Virus record (IMG/VR): IMGVR_UViG_3300025237_000001
Coordinates: 64,001-128,000 of that record
Source of the DNA: a virus
Reading direction: 5' to 3' (one strand)
Length of the DNA: 64,000 nucleotides
A program made the position numbers and the translations under genes. Below the pieces are notes generated by a model that saw only the letters and a program-made list of their open reading frames with translations, did not search any database and had not been told where the DNA came from. Shown piece by piece: positions 8,775 to 18,494 of this stretch (positions are counted from its first letter, which is position 1; the number at the start of each line of letters is the position of its first letter).

Positions 8775-10250
8775 ATGGCAAACGAATACATTTTACGAAA
8801 AGGATTCATTTCAAAATCGGGTTCAACGGTACAAGATTTCTTAAACATTAGTGGTGATACAACTTCACCAGCTTTTGTAACGGTTGGTGGTGCGTCAACT
8901 GACTTTGTTAAGGGTGATGGTACTCTTGATTCAAATACATACCTTACATCAGCTGATTTAGTTGGTGTTAACACAGATGACTATGTAACCAGTGCATCAT
9001 TTAATACAGGTGACGGTGTTTTAACACTTAATATGTTATCAGGTGGTACTGTAACCCAAGACCTTGATGGGAGGTACTCATTACTTGCACATACACATCT
9101 TCTTGCTGATGGTGCTACTGACGTAACTGCTACAGCTGCTGAAGTAAATATATTAGATTTATCTGCAACCGCTCTTACCACTGGTTGGGGTTACTTCGCA
9201 GATGGTGCATCAGCCGCTAGTTGGAGACAACTATTAGGTTCAGAAATAAATAATGACCAAGGATGGACAAATAATGTTGGTACAGTAACCTCAGTAACCG
9301 CTGGTTCGGGTATGACTCAATCAGGTGTATCAACCGTTAACCCTACTTTAGATGTAGTTGGTGGAACAGGTATATTTGTTAATGCCAATGACGTTGAATT
9401 AGCTTTAGACCAATTACCAGTTGCAACAATGCTTACTAGTGATTGGATTGCATTCGATGATGCTGGTGTTTCAAGTAAAGCACTTATCTCAGCAATTCCC
9501 TTATCATTATTTGATAATGATTTATCAACTGTAACCAATACAGATGACTATGTAACTGGAGCAACATTTAATACTGGAACAGGTGTTTTAACACTTAATA
9601 TGTTATCAGGTGGAACCGTAACTGAAGACCTTGACGGTAGGTACTTAGAAAGTCTTAGTACTGGAACTGGATTAGCTGATACTGGTGGTCAAACCCCAGC
9701 AATTACACTTGACTTTCCTAGTTTGCCAGATGGGACAGCTGCAATTGTAGGTGCTACGGATGAAATTATATATTTAGATAATGGAGTTGAGAGTCGTAAG
9801 GCTTTCGATGAGTTAGATTTAGGTCAATTTAATAACGACCAAGGTTGGATTACTGGAGCTGATGTTGTAGGTGGTTACTTACCTCTTTCTGGTGGGACAC
9901 TTGTAGGGGAATTAACTACAACGGAAATTGTAGTTAAAAATGCGTTGGTTGATAACCAAGAAAATTTAGTGGTAACTACTGGTACTGAAGTTGTTGCGAC
10001 AATAAATAAAAACACATATGACGCTGGGTTTTTTGATTATGTGGTTAAAAATGGTACAAATTTAAGGTCTGGAACTGTAATGGCTTGTCACGATGGTACA
10101 TCAGTTGAATTTACTGATAACTCAACAAATGATTTAGGTGATACTGAACAAGTATTATTTGATGTTGATATTTCTGGAACTGATTTAAGATTACTAGCTG
10201 ATGTTACAAGTGGTACTTGGGAAATAAAAATATTTATTAGAGGTTTATAA
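8775..10250 (+). CDS. Tail fibre / virion appendage protein B
   Basis: Two copies of TDDYVT.A.FNTG.GVLTLNMLSGGTVT.DLDGRY; GTVTSVTAGSG; YLPLSGGTL. Confidence 0.7.
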   Translation: MANEYILRKGFISKSGSTVQDFLNISGDTTSPAFVTVGGASTDFVKGDGTLDSNTYLTSADLVGVNTDDYVTSASFNTGDGVLTLNMLSGGTVTQDLDGRYSLLAHTHLLADGATDVTATAAEVNILDLSATALTTGWGYFADGASAASWRQLLGSEINNDQGWTNNVGTVTSVTAGSGMTQSGVSTVNPTLDVVGGTGIFVNANDVELALDQLPVATMLTSDWIAFDDAGVSSKALISAIPLSLFDNDLSTVTNTDDYVTGATFNTGTGVLTLNMLSGGTVTEDLDGRYLESLSTGTGLADTGGQTPAITLDFPSLPDGTAAIVGATDEIIYLDNGVESRKAFDELDLGQFNNDQGWITGADVVGGYLPLSGGTLVGELTTTEIVVKNALVDNQENLVVTTGTEVVATINKNTYDAGFFDYVVKNGTNLRSGTVMACHDGTSVEFTDNSTNDLGDTEQVLFDVDISGTDLRLLADVTSGTWEIKIFIRGL

Positions 10251-10312
10251 TTAAAAAAAAAAGAATATATTAATAATACTCACCTTTTGGAAAGTGAAAA
10301 AAGTGTGCAACT

Positions 10313-12298
10313 ATGTCAAAACAATTTATAGCCCGTAAAGGGTTAATTTCAAAATCGGGTTCTACTATCGAATCCTACCTTAACGTTAGTGGTGATACAA
10401 CCGCTAATGCGCATATCACCGTTGGTGGTGTATCAACCCAATTTGTAAAGGGTGATGGTACGTTAGATTCTACAACATATAGTACTGGTACTATTGGTGG
10501 TTCTATTACTGACAATCAAATTGCTTTTGGAGCTACTACAGCAGATGAAATTGAAGGTGAATCTAATCTAACTTGGGATGGTTCAGTATTCAATGCTATT
10601 GGTAATACAAAACTTGATGGATTTGTGGCAATGGGTGGTACGGCTATTAATACAAATAACATATTACAAATTGCTGGTAATTCAACTGACCCTACTTCAA
10701 ATGTAACTGGTGCAAATGTTACAAGAACATTGGCAATGACTGCTGATAACGCAAAGAAGATTACTGGTGGTGCATTTGTTGCTTCAACCACTACTACTGC
10801 TTTTAATCAAACACAGAGACTAATTGGTGGTGACTTTACAGCACAAACTTCTGGAACTGGTACTTATAGTAGATTATTTGGTGGTTCATTTGTAGCATAT
10901 AATCAAAGTACAGGTACAGTTACAAATGCATATGGTGGTCAATTCAAAATTCAAAATCTTGTTTCGGGTGGGACTATTACAAATGCGTATGGTGTATATA
11001 TTGGTGGTGGTTTTAATAATGGTACTATTACTAATAAGTATGGGTTATATCAAAGTGATACAGATGCTAATAATTATTTTGGTGGGACATTAACATTTGA
11101 TAGTTATGATAATGTAAGGGATGATGGAACACCTAGTAGTATGTTAAGTACAGATGCTAGTGGAAATCTACAATCTGCACCAATTAGTACGATACCTTTA
11201 AGTATATTCGATGATGATTTAACATATGGTACTGGTGATGGTACTGTAACTAATGTTAATGATGGTAATGGTATGACCTTTACCGCTATTAGTACAACTG
11301 GTGATGTAACACTTGGAACGCCAAGTACTTTAACAAGTGTTTCAACAAATGCAGTAACAACGAATAGTCATACACACGCAATAACAACAGGTATTGCAAG
11401 TAGTAATATAGTCCAAATGAGTGCTCTTGGTGTTGATAATGAATATGCAAGATTCACCGCAACTGGACTTGAAAGTAGAAGTAATGCAGAAGTATTAAGT
11501 GATATTGGAGCGCAAGCATCTGGTAGTTATTTACTAGATACAACTGATAGTTTTATTGGAACATTATCAGTTGATGGTGAGGTTAGAGTGGATTCTGATG
11601 TTTATGGGGTTGGTTGGAATGGTGATTCTAGTGTTGCTACCAAGAATGATATTTATGATAAAATAGAAACATTAGGTGGAGGTGGAGACGTAACGAAAGT
11701 GGGTACGCCAGTGAATAATGAAATAGGTGTTTGGACTGGTGATGGTATGCTAGAAGGTGATACTAATTTACAATGGAATGGCACTTCATTAACAATAGAC
11801 GGTACTATAATACTTCAAGAAAGGTCTGACCCACCATCAACAGTGAGTGGTTACGGTCAAATATGGGTTCATAATACAGATACACCTTCGTTATGGTTCT
11901 CAGAAGAGGATGAAGAAGATATGGATTTACTTGGTGGGTTACACCATACATTTACATCTGCTGGTGTAACTGCGGGTGATTTATGTTTCATTAATTCTAG
12001 TGGTAGAATGGAAAGGGCTAACGCTGATAGTGTAACAACTTCTGATACACAATTAGGAATCGCAATGACAACTAGAAGTAATGGGCAACAATGTATGTTC
12101 AAATTATTTGGAGAGCATATAACAACTGGTTTATCTACTGGTGCAATATATTATGTTCACACAGTTGATGGTGATTGGTCAACAATAAAACCATCAACAG
12201 CTGACCATGTGGTTAGAACAATTGGAACTGCAATAAGTACTACTAAATTATTCTTTAATCCAAGTCAAGATTACATAACACGTATAGGTGACGTATAA
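10313..12298 (+). CDS. Tail fibre / virion appendage protein C
   Basis: N-terminus shared with 8775; FVKGDG; SHTH; distinct beta-rich C-terminal domain. Confidence 0.7.
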   Translation: MSKQFIARKGLISKSGSTIESYLNVSGDTTANAHITVGGVSTQFVKGDGTLDSTTYSTGTIGGSITDNQIAFGATTADEIEGESNLTWDGSVFNAIGNTKLDGFVAMGGTAINTNNILQIAGNSTDPTSNVTGANVTRTLAMTADNAKKITGGAFVASTTTTAFNQTQRLIGGDFTAQTSGTGTYSRLFGGSFVAYNQSTGTVTNAYGGQFKIQNLVSGGTITNAYGVYIGGGFNNGTITNKYGLYQSDTDANNYFGGTLTFDSYDNVRDDGTPSSMLSTDASGNLQSAPISTIPLSIFDDDLTYGTGDGTVTNVNDGNGMTFTAISTTGDVTLGTPSTLTSVSTNAVTTNSHTHAITTGIASSNIVQMSALGVDNEYARFTATGLESRSNAEVLSDIGAQASGSYLLDTTDSFIGTLSVDGEVRVDSDVYGVGWNGDSSVATKNDIYDKIETLGGGGDVTKVGTPVNNEIGVWTGDGMLEGDTNLQWNGTSLTIDGTIILQERSDPPSTVSGYGQIWVHNTDTPSLWFSEEDEEDMDLLGGLHHTFTSAGVTAGDLCFINSSGRMERANADSVTTSDTQLGIAMTTRSNGQQCMFKLFGEHITTGLSTGAIYYVHTVDGDWSTIKPSTADHVVRTIGTAISTTKLFFNPSQDYITRIGDV

Positions 12299-12310
12299 AT
12301 ATATATATAA

Positions 12311-13414
12311 ATGGCACATACTTTTTCAACAAAACTAGAAGCAGCGGGTTCTACTTCAAACCCACTAATCTTAACTAAAAACATTACTTCAACGGTCACC
12401 CTTTGTGTGCTTTCTATTATAACAACTGGGGGTGCTAGGTCTGGTGGTGCGCCAACACAAGAAGGTACTACTATGCTTTCTGGTGCGGGTTCAGCGGGTG
12501 ATGGGGAACAGAAGGTTGAAATATGGTATTTATTAAACGATGATATTTCAACTGGGGCTGGTCAACAAATATCCATACCTAATAGTGGGTCAGACGAAAT
12601 TAGTGTTGTAGCTTCTTTTTTTATTGCGGGTAGTGGTTCATCTGGTTTTGTGTCAGCAACAGTTAATGGAACTATTGGTGTGGGTACTTCATCAAATCCA
12701 AGTACGTCAGTTACTGGTGCTGCGGGTGGTGTAATAGTTGACGCTTTGGGAAGTGGATACCACATTACACCAACAGCAAACAATAGAACATTACTTTACA
12801 AGGGGGATACTGGTTCTGAATCATATGGTACACAATATACCTTACCAGTATTTTCCCTTCCCACAACATTTAATTATACTCAACCATCAGATGATTGGAC
12901 ACATGCCATTGTCATTTTTAGAGAAAATGAAAAACCAACTATAGTGTATGAGACTGCGGATAAAATTAATTTTGGTTATGACAGTACACCAACTCTTGAA
13001 TTTACGGGGTCGGATGAGGATGGTGATGACCTTACATATCATTTTAGGATAGATAATAATAGTAATATGTCATCACCAGAGATAGTTGTATATTCTAGTG
13101 GTTTAACTCAAGGATTTCTAAACACTGTAATTGGTGGAGATTTAGCTCCATTTACTGAAGCACAAAAAATTAGTTATACTGTACAAGCTGGTGATGCACT
13201 ATCCGCTGGTACATATTATTGGGATTGTGAGGCAACCGACTTAAAAGGTACAAAACTTTGGAGTACAAAACCAAAATTACGGAGTTTCACAACAAGTGGT
13301 GCCACAGCTAGTGGTGATATACTTGGTTGGGATACAGTTTCTGTAGCACAAATAAAAGTAATGAATGGGGTGTCTGAAAGTCAGATAAAAACTTGGAATG
13401 GGGTAGATTGGTAA
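12311..13414 (+). CDS. Virion structural protein with an Ig/Fn3-like domain
   Basis: TPTLEFTGSDEDGDDLTYHFRID...LSAGTYYWDCEA; terminal IK.xNGV repeat. Confidence 0.55.
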   Translation: MAHTFSTKLEAAGSTSNPLILTKNITSTVTLCVLSIITTGGARSGGAPTQEGTTMLSGAGSAGDGEQKVEIWYLLNDDISTGAGQQISIPNSGSDEISVVASFFIAGSGSSGFVSATVNGTIGVGTSSNPSTSVTGAAGGVIVDALGSGYHITPTANNRTLLYKGDTGSESYGTQYTLPVFSLPTTFNYTQPSDDWTHAIVIFRENEKPTIVYETADKINFGYDSTPTLEFTGSDEDGDDLTYHFRIDNNSNMSSPEIVVYSSGLTQGFLNTVIGGDLAPFTEAQKISYTVQAGDALSAGTYYWDCEATDLKGTKLWSTKPKLRSFTTSGATASGDILGWDTVSVAQIKVMNGVSESQIKTWNGVDW

Positions 13415-13454
13415 TTAAAAGTAATTAAAACATATTTATATATAAACCTATTTT

Positions 13455-14645
13455 ATGTCATTTTTAACTAAATTAGATTATTCCAATAATCGACAAATAA
13501 AACAATTTGAACTCACTAATACGCAACTTTCTGGTACAACAACATTTGGTGTACCAAACGAGTATATACCTGAAAATCTTTCAGGTAATACTATCAATAT
13601 TGACGCTTTACAACTTATTCAAACTAGGGGTATTATTTTCCCTGAAATAATACCCGTATTTACTGGTGTTACATATCAATTATTAGGTAGAGATAACACT
13701 AGTGGTAAATTAGTTGACGTTTCTAATGATGGTTACATACCATATTCTGGTGCTACAAACACGTTAGATTTAAATTCACAAAACTTAACACTAAGTGGTT
13801 CTGTAAGAGTTAACTCATCAGACACTTCAACTAATAAATTTGTGTTAGAAGATAATTTAGCTGTAGGTTCCAACAATAATTTATTTAAGATAGTTAATAG
13901 TGGAACTACAAGAACTTTTATAACCTCTAGGGGTCAGCAATTGTGGAAACTTAATGATGGTGCTGTAGAAGTGGGTGCTGTAGCTATGGGAACTCCTTTT
14001 AATGAACCAGGAATTGAATTTTCAAATTCTGTTAGTGCGGGGACTTCAATTATTAGATTAACGAATAGTGGTGGTGGATTAGATTTTGCTGCAAATAGTG
14101 GTGTAGGGTATCCTACTACTCAAATGCAATTAGATACTAGTGGTGATTTAACATTATTAGATGGTGATGTGACCGCTAGTGCGCATGTCACTTCTGGTGG
14201 GACCGCTTCACAGTTTGTAAAAGGAGATGGTAGCTTAGATTCATCAACTTATAGTTCATCAACAATAACAAAAACACTTCAAATAGAAGTGTTCGCAAGA
14301 GGAAGTTCAGTTAGTATTGGTTATAGTGTGGGTGATGTTATAATCCCAAGTTGTATGAATGGTATGTCATTGATTAATGTTGTTGCGACAGTAGAAAATA
14401 AAGGTAGTTCTAACACAACTAATATTCAAGTAGAAAGATTTAGAACTGGATTTCTTGCACAAATGTTATCAACTGAAGTGACTATTGGTGATGAATATTT
14501 TGCACAAGATGGTGTTGTAGAGTTAGGCGGTGAAAGTTTAGTTTTTACGGGGGATAAAATTAGGGTTGAAGTAACCGATATTCATTCATTAGTTGCACCA
14601 CAAGGGTTGGTGGTGGTAATGGAATTTGAATTTATTCCAATTTAA
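13455..14645 (+). CDS. Tail fibre / virion appendage protein E
   Basis: First ~29 aa near-identical to 6732; internal SQFVKGDGSLDS module shared with 8775 and 10313. Confidence 0.7.
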   Translation: MSFLTKLDYSNNRQIKQFELTNTQLSGTTTFGVPNEYIPENLSGNTINIDALQLIQTRGIIFPEIIPVFTGVTYQLLGRDNTSGKLVDVSNDGYIPYSGATNTLDLNSQNLTLSGSVRVNSSDTSTNKFVLEDNLAVGSNNNLFKIVNSGTTRTFITSRGQQLWKLNDGAVEVGAVAMGTPFNEPGIEFSNSVSAGTSIIRLTNSGGGLDFAANSGVGYPTTQMQLDTSGDLTLLDGDVTASAHVTSGGTASQFVKGDGSLDSSTYSSSTITKTLQIEVFARGSSVSIGYSVGDVIIPSCMNGMSLINVVATVENKGSSNTTNIQVERFRTGFLAQMLSTEVTIGDEYFAQDGVVELGGESLVFTGDKIRVEVTDIHSLVAPQGLVVVMEFEFIPI

Positions 14646-14709
14646 AATTAATTAAATAACATTTTAGTTGGTAATAGCTTTATTCATGACTATTTATTTA
14701 AAAACATCT

Positions 14710-15159
14710 ATGAAGAAACTTATCCTTACATTATTTATTCTCATAAACTTATCTTGTATTTCTGAGAGGGAAAGAGAAATTAATTTCCATGTATACAATA
14801 ATTTACCTATAATTAATGCCTATATTAATGGGGTTAGGGTTAAACTATTAATAGATACAGGTGCAAATGTTTCATTACTAGATACTTCTACCGAAACGTT
14901 TCTATTATTTAATAGAGATTATAGTGTTCCTATGATTATAGGTCAAGGTGTGGGTGGTGAAACTCATATTTATGGTATTAAAGACATTATTTTAGAATAT
15001 GAAGGTAAAGTTTTAAATGTTGACTTCAGAGGTGCTAATTTAAAGGAAATTAGAGAAATAAACGGAATTCATGGTATTATTGGTTCAGATTTCTTAATAA
15101 AACATAGTTTAGTTATTGATTACTATAATAGAACAATAAAAGAAGGTGTTTTAGAATAA
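14710..15159 (+). CDS. Retropepsin-like (clan AA) aspartic protease, predicted lipoprotein
   Basis: Start trimmed to MKKLILTLFILINLSC (signal peptide ending in Cys); LLIDTGANVSLL and GIIGSDFL motifs. Confidence 0.8.
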   Translation: MKKLILTLFILINLSCISEREREINFHVYNNLPIINAYINGVRVKLLIDTGANVSLLDTSTETFLLFNRDYSVPMIIGQGVGGETHIYGIKDIILEYEGKVLNVDFRGANLKEIREINGIHGIIGSDFLIKHSLVIDYYNRTIKEGVLE

Positions 15160-15186
15160 CTTTTTATATATTTATAAAAGAAACAA

Positions 15187-16905
15187 ATGACTAATATAAA
15201 GAATTATAACTTTTCAGGGCTTGATTACCACTTAAGTAATAGTGATTACTATGATTTTTACTTAAATACTGATGGTGTGTCCATATCTAATGAAAATACA
15301 GGTGATTGGAATGGTTCAGATTATGAAAATAATGATTGGTTTGTATCAGCGAACCCTATTGATTCTTTAATATCAGCTTTTGATTTTAATCATTATTATA
15401 CTAACCCAGTTAATCAAATAACAAGTTATGTTGATTGGGGGGAAGCTGTCTCAGGAAGTTTTTCAGCGAGTACATACGGTTTAACGGGTTTAGATAACGG
15501 TAGTGTTACATATTCACCAGAAACAGATAATTATGGTCACACAGGGCTTATAAATGCGTTAACGGGTACGACACTGATACATTCTTCAGGTGATACGACA
15601 CTTACACTTAATAAAGTGACTGGATATACTGGAAATTATGTTTATCCGACTGAATTAGTGTCTACAACTGCGGCTACTGGAAATTATATTAATTTTTGTG
15701 GTGGATTTTACCAAGGATATTATAAATTAGATGGTTATGACTATGAAGTTTTACCAAATAGATATCAAAAAGGTTGGACCATTGATACTTGGTTAGTTAA
15801 ATCTGATAGTGTTTGTAGTGGTACAACTGGTACAACATTAAATGATACTTATCCCGAAAATAAAGGGTTCTTTTATTATATTGGTGCTAGAGCTGAAAAT
15901 AAATTCTGGAATATATTCACAGGAAATACAACTGGTTGTACTAGTGGTTCAACAGATTTTTGTATGGAAGTTAAAGAAACTGATGTTAATATCAATAACG
16001 TTGAAGTGGATGGAAATGGAACTACATTAAGTGTTCCCTTAAGCCCACCACCAATTGACTTAAAAGAAATTAAGAATCAATTCTTAATTTTTGGTAGGTC
16101 AAACGGTATGGTATGTAGTAATCAACAATCAAAAGATGGTTACGGTCAAGTTAGAGCTGATAATAAGTTTGATAAAACTAATATATATTATTCAAGTATT
16201 GTTCGAGAAGAAATGGTGGATTTTACCAATCCATTTTTAATCTATGGTAGGTCAAACGGTATGGTATGTAGTAATCAACAATCCTCAGATGGTTACGGTC
16301 AAACTAGGGCTGATAGTAGGTGGACTGGGACAACAGCACCTATAATGGAATTAGATAAAGACGCTGATATAATCGATAATGCAATTGGGTTTAGAATTAA
16401 AGATGATGGTAGTATTGGTTATAGATTACTAACACTTTCTGCGGATTGTAAATCTGTTGAAGTGGTTGAAGAATATTCAATGAGTGGAATGGTAACATCC
16501 GACCAATGGCAACATATAGTTGTTAAATGGGTAAATAATGACACTTATAGTGGGTGTGACCTAGAAGTAGGTAAAGCTAGAAAAGGTAAATTAAAATTCT
16601 ATATAAATTCTATGTTAATATTTAGTTCTAAAACATTGGATGAATTTATTGGGAGAAGGTTAGATGACTTATTGGAGAAACAAGTTGGAGTTCCATACAA
16701 TGTTAGTATTGGTGGTGGTACACAAGGGTTATTAGATAGTATGACATTTGACGGGCAAGATAACGATGATATAGGTTTAATCATCGAACAAAATTTCGCT
16801 GGAACTTTTATAGGTTCGATTGCAACATTTAATATGTATGATTCGAATTTAAGTTGGTGTGAAATTAAATCTTTGTACAAAGAGAAATTAACAAAATATA
16901 ATTAA
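15187..16905 (+). CDS. Virion structural protein, LamG/concanavalin A-like
   Basis: GWTIDTW, QWQHIVVKW, LKFYIN, FIGSIATFNMYD...LSWCEIKSLY pattern. Confidence 0.65.
   Translation: MTNIKNYNFSGLDYHLSNSDYYDFYLNTDGVSISNENTGDWNGSDYENNDWFVSANPIDSLISAFDFNHYYTNPVNQITSYVDWGEAVSGSFSASTYGLTGLDNGSVTYSPETDNYGHTGLINALTGTTLIHSSGDTTLTLNKVTGYTGNYVYPTELVSTTAATGNYINFCGGFYQGYYKLDGYDYEVLPNRYQKGWTIDTWLVKSDSVCSGTTGTTLNDTYPENKGFFYYIGARAENKFWNIFTGNTTGCTSGSTDFCMEVKETDVNINNVEVDGNGTTLSVPLSPPPIDLKEIKNQFLIFGRSNGMVCSNQQSKDGYGQVRADNKFDKTNIYYSSIVREEMVDFTNPFLIYGRSNGMVCSNQQSSDGYGQTRADSRWTGTTAPIMELDKDADIIDNAIGFRIKDDGSIGYRLLTLSADCKSVEVVEEYSMSGMVTSDQWQHIVVKWVNNDTYSGCDLEVGKARKGKLKFYINSMLIFSSKTLDEFIGRRLDDLLEKQVGVPYNVSIGGGTQGLLDSMTFDGQDNDDIGLIIEQNFAGTFIGSIATFNMYDSNLSWCEIKSLYKEKLTKYN
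16092..16302 (+). repeat. Internal direct repeat in the LamG-like gene
   Basis: 39 bp identical at 16092-16130 and 16245-16283, each followed after 4 nt by GATGGTTACGGTCAA. Confidence 0.9.
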
Positions 16906-16921
16906 AACAAAACACCCTATT

Positions 16922-17263
16922 ATGACAGAACAACCAAAAGTGAGAGAATATGACAAGGTTAAGTATAGTGACAAAGATATGTGGTATGCTAGTAGTAAAA
17001 CAGCTATCGCAGTGTTTGTTATTGCTTTGATTTACGCTAGATTTTTAAGTGTGGAAACAACACAAGTTACGGTTACAGAACAACAAGTAGCTATAACAGA
17101 ACAAATGGTAACAGCTTTAGAGTTGTTGCATGATAATGATAAAATTAATATAGATTTCCTAAATGATAGGATTGATAAGAAAACATCACGAATTGAAGCT
17201 GATGTTAAAAAAATATGGGAGGAAATTGATTATTTAAGACTTCCTAACTCAGATAAGGAATAA
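16922..17263 (+). CDS. Small membrane protein with a coiled coil (holin/spanin-like candidate)
   Basis: One hydrophobic segment TAIAVFVIALIYARFL followed by a heptad-like region. Confidence 0.45.
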   Translation: MTEQPKVREYDKVKYSDKDMWYASSKTAIAVFVIALIYARFLSVETTQVTVTEQQVAITEQMVTALELLHDNDKINIDFLNDRIDKKTSRIEADVKKIWEEIDYLRLPNSDKE

Positions 17264-17287
17264 ATTAGATATTTATAATAAAAGATT

Positions 17288-18463
17288 ATGGCTGTATCAG
17301 AAACAGATAAAGATAGAATATTCAGACAATTTAAACATTCGTTAGGTGCGCCTATTAGAGATATTGAAGTGTTAGACGAAATGTTATGTACATTTTTAGA
17401 AATAGCAACAGAGGACTATGCAATGTATGTTCAACAATGGTTAATAGAACACCAATGGCAATCAGTCCTTGGTAAAAATGTAGATACCACAGATATGGCG
17501 TTTGCATTAAGTGTACGTGATTTTGATTTTACAACACAATACACCTACGCTTATTCTAAACAAGTAGGACTTCAAGCTAGAGGTCCTTGGGAGATGAAAA
17601 AAGATTTCGTTGAAGTTGAAGCTGGAAGACAAGTTTATGTAATACCAGCTGGTAGAGAAGTAAATGAAGTTTTATGGGTTACCCCACCAACTACAGATGC
17701 TGCATTATTCGCCAACTATGGTGGATTTGATGCTGGTTACGGTGGTGGTTTTGCTCAAATGGGTATTGGTGCTGGAGCAAATGGTGCTTCTGGTGCTGGA
17801 GCTGGTGGTGGTTACTATGTAGCACCCGCATTTGATGTATTATTAACAGCAGCAGATTTCAATTTAAAAAATAGATTATTAAGAAGTGAATTGGCATTTA
17901 AGATTACGGCTGGACCAGATGGTACAAGGTTATTACACCTTATGAGTACTCCAGGTTCTAGATTATCATTCGGTGGAGCTGGAGTTGGAGCTGGAGCGGG
18001 TGCTGGAGCGGGACCTACGGCTGTAGGTCTACAAGGTTGTAAGGTATGGTATCACTATTATGATACTGGAACAGACCCAGAAGATATTAAAGAATGTAGA
18101 AAATTAAACTCGGATATTATTACCATGCCAAATGAAGTGCCATTGGCTGAATTAGATTTTGAAGATTTTAATGCGCCAACCAAAATACTTGTTAGAAATT
18201 TATTTATGGCTGAAGCTAAAAAAGCTCTAGGTAGGACAAGAGGTAAATTCGGTGGAACAATAGGACCACCAGAAGCAGAAAGAACAATGGATTATGAGAC
18301 ATTAATTACCGAAGGTAATGATGAGAAAAAAGCAATCCTTGAAAGACTTGATGAAATGTTAGGTCGTCTATCTAGTGATAAACAATTAGAACGTGCAGCT
18401 AACGAAGCTGAAAATTTAAATAAACATTTAAAATTTCGACCACTAGGATTTTATTTCCATTAA
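17288..18463 (+). CDS. Neck / head-tail adaptor protein (T4 gp13-like)
   Basis: IFRQFKHSLGAPIRDIEV..EML N-terminal pattern; AKKALGRTRGKFGG; position before the head-closure and tail-terminator genes. Confidence 0.65.
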   Translation: MAVSETDKDRIFRQFKHSLGAPIRDIEVLDEMLCTFLEIATEDYAMYVQQWLIEHQWQSVLGKNVDTTDMAFALSVRDFDFTTQYTYAYSKQVGLQARGPWEMKKDFVEVEAGRQVYVIPAGREVNEVLWVTPPTTDAALFANYGGFDAGYGGGFAQMGIGAGANGASGAGAGGGYYVAPAFDVLLTAADFNLKNRLLRSELAFKITAGPDGTRLLHLMSTPGSRLSFGGAGVGAGAGAGAGPTAVGLQGCKVWYHYYDTGTDPEDIKECRKLNSDIITMPNEVPLAELDFEDFNAPTKILVRNLFMAEAKKALGRTRGKFGGTIGPPEAERTMDYETLITEGNDEKKAILERLDEMLGRLSSDKQLERAANEAENLNKHLKFRPLGFYFH

Positions 18464-18464
18464 C

Positions 18465-18494
18465 AAAAAGAGACTCAAATTTGAGTCTCTTTTT
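18465..18494. terminator. Bidirectional terminator (perfect 30-bp palindrome)
   Basis: AAAAAGAGACTCAAATTTGAGTCTCTTTTT between convergent neck and polymerase genes; contains the polymerase TGA. Confidence 0.8.

Noticed and set aside
8336-10250. Shared fibre C-termini as a DGR template/variable repeat pair
   Set aside because: Differences are not adenine-specific, both copies are coding, and there is no reverse transcriptase in the window.
10278-10298. Small TCAC...GTGA hairpin in the leader of fibre C
   Set aside because: Weak stem and a single occurrence in the window; cannot be supported without homologues.
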